Below, in pieces: positions 56,671-59,595 of a stretch of 59,595 nucleotides of DNA. Location of the stretch: sequence record DRR723986_2326. One strand, written 5' to 3'. Made by a program: the position numbers and the translations under genes. Under the pieces are notes generated by a model. It was not told the DNA's origin. It did no database searches and was given only the letters and a program-made list of their open reading frames with translations. The number at the start of each line of letters is the position of its first letter. Within the stretch, counting starts at the first letter, position 1.

Positions 56671-57132
56671 TCAAAAGGCGACATCTTTCACCGATTGCAT
56701 CGAAACATGTGTCGACGTGCTGCCGACATAAGGCAGCGAAGACACCACGCGCCCCAACACCTCGCGGTAGCTTTTCATGTCTTTGGTGCGCACTTTGATC
56801 AGGTAATCAAACGCCCCCGCGATCATATGGCATTGTTCAATCTCTGGAACCGACTGAACCGCAGCGTTGAAATCAGACAAAGCTGTTTCCGTTGTGTCCG
56901 TCAGCTTGATTTCCACAAATACCACCTGTTCCAGACCCAGCTTTTGCGGGTCAAGGATCGCCTTGAAGCCACGGATATACCCCTCGGCGACCAGACGTTT
57001 TAACCGTGCCTGACAGGGTGATTTCGACAACCCAACCCGATCTGACAATTCAGTGACCGGCAAACGCCCCTCGACGTTGAGAATCTTGAGGATTTCGATG
57101 TCATGCCGGTCAAGTTTCCCGCCTTCCTTCAT
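56671..57132 (-). CDS. putR: Lrp-family proline utilisation regulator
   Basis: LDRHD.EIL, LSDRVGLSKSPCQARLKRL and CHMIAGAFDYL motifs; divergent from putA. Confidence 0.85.
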   Translation of the reverse strand: MKEGGKLDRHDIEILKILNVEGRLPVTELSDRVGLSKSPCQARLKRLVAEGYIRGFKAILDPQKLGLEQVVFVEIKLTDTTETALSDFNAAVQSVPEIEQCHMIAGAFDYLIKVRTKDMKSYREVLGRVVSSLPYVGSTSTHVSMQSVKDVAF

Positions 57133-57261
57133 TTTGGTATCCTTTCCGACTAATTCACTGCTCAATTTAAGTGATTTTGAGTAGAAAATGTAAAGTGATA
57201 AGTCAGTATGACTTTGCGAAATTTGATACCCTTTGGGCACATCTCGGAGTCAGGAAGAAAC

Positions 57262-59595
57262 ATGACCACTTTGCTCACACACCGTGCCGCGCTGCGCAAA
57301 AACCACCTCCGCCCCGAAGCTGAGGTTCTTAGGGATCTTATGAGCGCCCACGCGTTGAACGCGGTGGAACGCGCCATGTCGCACAATCGTGCATCTAGCT
57401 TGGTCAAAGCAATCCGCAACGATAGCAATCCCGGTCTGATGGAGGTGTTTCTGGCTGAATACGGTCTTTCCACCAGCGAAGGCGTCGCGCTGATGTGTCT
57501 GGCCGAGGCCCTTTTGCGGGTGCCGGACGCGGACACCATTGATGCGTTGATCGAAGATAAGATTGCGCCATCCGCTTGGGGGCAGCATCTGGGGCAATCC
57601 TCATCCTCGTTGGTCAATGCCTCCACTTGGGGGTTGATGTTGACGGGCAAGGTTCTGCAAGAGGGCACTGGCCTTGTTGCGACCTTGAAAGGGGCGGTCA
57701 AACGCTTGGGCGAACCCGTCATCCGCGCCGCCGTTGGCCGCGCAATGAAAGAAATGGGCGCGCAATTTGTTCTGGGCCAAACCATTCAAGAGGCGGTCAC
57801 CCGGGGAAAAGGCAAAGAAAAACAAGGGTACACCTATTCCTATGACATGCTGGGCGAGGCGGCGTTAACGGCACAGGATGCGCAATCGTTTCAAACGGCC
57901 TACTCTGATGCGATCCGCAATCTGGCAGGCGAATGCAATTCTGATGACATTCGCAGCAATCCCGGTATCTCCATCAAACTGTCCGCCCTGCACCCCCGGT
58001 ACGAGGTTGGCCAGAAAGCCCGCGTGATGCAGGAGTTGGTTCCAATCACGTTGAAATTGGCGCAACAAGCCAAGGCGGCGGGCATGGGTTTCAACATTGA
58101 TGCCGAAGAAGCTGATCGGCTGGATCTGTCGCTGGATGTGATCGAAGCTGTTCTGCGCGACCCGTCGTTGTCTGGCTGGGACGGGTTTGGAGTTGTGGTT
58201 CAGGCTTATGGCAAACGCGCGGTCCCTGTTTTGGATTGGCTGAATGCCCTCGCGACCGAACTTGACCGTAAAATCATGGTGCGTCTGGTCAAAGGTGCCT
58301 ATTGGGATACCGAGGTGAAGCGAGCACAGGTTGAAGGGTTAAAAGACTTCCCCGTGTTTACGCGCAAGGTGGCCACGGACATTTCATATATCTGCTGCGC
58401 CCGGAAATTATTGGGGATGACGGACCGAATTTACCCGCAATTTGCCACGCACAACGCCCACACCGTGGCCAGCATTCTGGAAATGGCAACCGACAAGGAC
58501 ACATTTGAATTTCAGCGCCTGCACGGCATGGGCGACAGCCTGCATGATCTTGTGCTTAAGGAAAATGGCACGCGCTGTCGGATCTATGCCCCGGTCGGGG
58601 CACATCGCGATCTGCTGGCTTACTTGGTGCGACGTTTGCTAGAAAACGGGGCGAATTCGTCTTTTGTGAACCAGATCGTCGATGAAACGGTCCCGGCCGA
58701 GACGGTGGCTGCGGACCCCTTTGAAGTGCATGGAGCGGGCGGTTTGAATGCGGCGGTGCAGATGCCATCAGATCTGTATGGGGCAGAGCGTCCGAACTCC
58801 ATCGGGTGGGATTTGCACGATGACGATGATTTGGACGCTATCGCTGCCGCGCGCATGCCATTTCACACCCATCAATGGCAAATGCAGCCGCTGATCGCGG
58901 GAGAGGTCCATGGAACCCAGGCGCGCGAAGGGCGAAACCCTGCGGATCATAGCGATCTGGTTGGCACGGTTGTTCAATCCACGCCTCAGGATGTGGAAAC
59001 AGCTCTTGCAGCAGCAACCCCATGGGACGAGGATGCGGAAACCCGCGCGCATGTTCTAAACACAGCCGCGGATTTGTATGAGGCCAATTTTGGCGAATTG
59101 TTTGCCGCCCTCACTCGTGAAGCCGGGAAAACCCCATTGGACGCAATTTCTGAATTGCGCGAAGCGGTTGATTTCTTGCGGTATTATGCAGCGCGCGGAA
59201 CAGAGTTGAACAACCCTGCCCGTGGGGTCATGGCCTGTGTGTCGCCTTGGAATTTCCCGCTGGCGATCTTTACTGGGCAAATCGCCGCAGCTTTGGCGGC
59301 AGGAAACGGGGTTGTTGCCAAACCCGCTGACCCAACCGCAATCGTGGCCAGCATTGCCGTGCGGTTGATGCATGACGCAGGCGTTCCCCTCGCGGCCTTG
59401 CAGCTGCTACCCGGACGGGGGTCTGTTGTTGGCGCGCGTGTGACATCGGATCCGCGCATCAAGGGGATCTGCTTTACCGGGTCGACACAGACGGCGCAGA
59501 CCATCAACCGTGCCATGGCGCAAGAGATCACCCCCAGCGCGCCGTTGATTGCAGAAACCGGGGGCCTGAATGCGATGATCGTGGACAGCACCGCC
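57262..59595 (+). CDS. putA: Bifunctional proline dehydrogenase / P5C dehydrogenase (3' truncated by the window edge; absent from the ORF track)
   Basis: Read manually from ATG 57262: SYDMLGEAA, SIKLSALHP, RLVKGAYWD, FATHNAHT, EFQRLHGMG, YLVRRLLENGANSSF, SPWNFPLAIF and ETGGLNAMIVDSTA. Confidence 0.96.
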   Translation, partial: MTTLLTHRAALRKNHLRPEAEVLRDLMSAHALNAVERAMSHNRASSLVKAIRNDSNPGLMEVFLAEYGLSTSEGVALMCLAEALLRVPDADTIDALIEDKIAPSAWGQHLGQSSSSLVNASTWGLMLTGKVLQEGTGLVATLKGAVKRLGEPVIRAAVGRAMKEMGAQFVLGQTIQEAVTRGKGKEKQGYTYSYDMLGEAALTAQDAQSFQTAYSDAIRNLAGECNSDDIRSNPGISIKLSALHPRYEVGQKARVMQELVPITLKLAQQAKAAGMGFNIDAEEADRLDLSLDVIEAVLRDPSLSGWDGFGVVVQAYGKRAVPVLDWLNALATELDRKIMVRLVKGAYWDTEVKRAQVEGLKDFPVFTRKVATDISYICCARKLLGMTDRIYPQFATHNAHTVASILEMATDKDTFEFQRLHGMGDSLHDLVLKENGTRCRIYAPVGAHRDLLAYLVRRLLENGANSSFVNQIVDETVPAETVAADPFEVHGAGGLNAAVQMPSDLYGAERPNSIGWDLHDDDDLDAIAAARMPFHTHQWQMQPLIAGEVHGTQAREGRNPADHSDLVGTVVQSTPQDVETALAAATPWDEDAETRAHVLNTAADLYEANFGELFAALTREAGKTPLDAISELREAVDFLRYYAARGTELNNPARGVMACVSPWNFPLAIFTGQIAAALAAGNGVVAKPADPTAIVASIAVRLMHDAGVPLAALQLLPGRGSVVGARVTSDPRIKGICFTGSTQTAQTINRAMAQEITPSAPLIAETGGLNAMIVDSTA

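Noticed and set aside
57162-59591. Several minus-strand ORFs at the right end
   Set aside because: All are antisense to putA, which the ORF track omits because its stop codon lies outside the window.
1-59595. CRISPR arrays, tRNA/rRNA, IS elements, integrases, phage or defence genes
   Set aside because: No regularly spaced repeats, RNA gene signatures or transposase/integrase motifs were seen by eye; nearly all the sequence is explained by metabolic genes.

Overview
This window looks like a gene-dense stretch from a moderately GC-rich alphaproteobacterium, most likely Roseobacter-group Rhodobacteraceae (inferred from gene content and protein style). From left to right it holds: (1) the 3' end of a clade I N2O reductase operon (nosZ partial, nosDFYLX); (2) Lrp, a Leu/Phe/Val dehydrogenase and an M20 hydrolase; (3) an unexplained module of LysR plus aspartate dehydrogenase divergent from an orphan Mo-hydroxylase large subunit and an atypical DapA-family lyase; (4) an orphan LicD-family gene; (5) a heme uptake locus (receptor-hyp-exbB-exbD-exbD-tonB divergent from hmuSTUV); (6) ridA; (7) an uncharacterised TRAP / acyl-CoA ligase / DMT / TetR / amidohydrolase / CobW / crotonase operon; (8) an assimilatory nitrate cluster (nasT, nrtAB, fused nrtCD, nirBD, nasA); (9) a betaine and proline catabolic region ending in putR and a partial putA. 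The strongest sequence-level finding is that nasS appears reduced to a ~160-bp frameshifted relic, while nasT and a three-hairpin ANTAR leader with its terminator are intact. This predicts nitrate-independent antitermination of the nas operon. No rRNA, tRNA, CRISPR array or transposase was recognised. All family assignments come from motif recognition by eye, not database searches.
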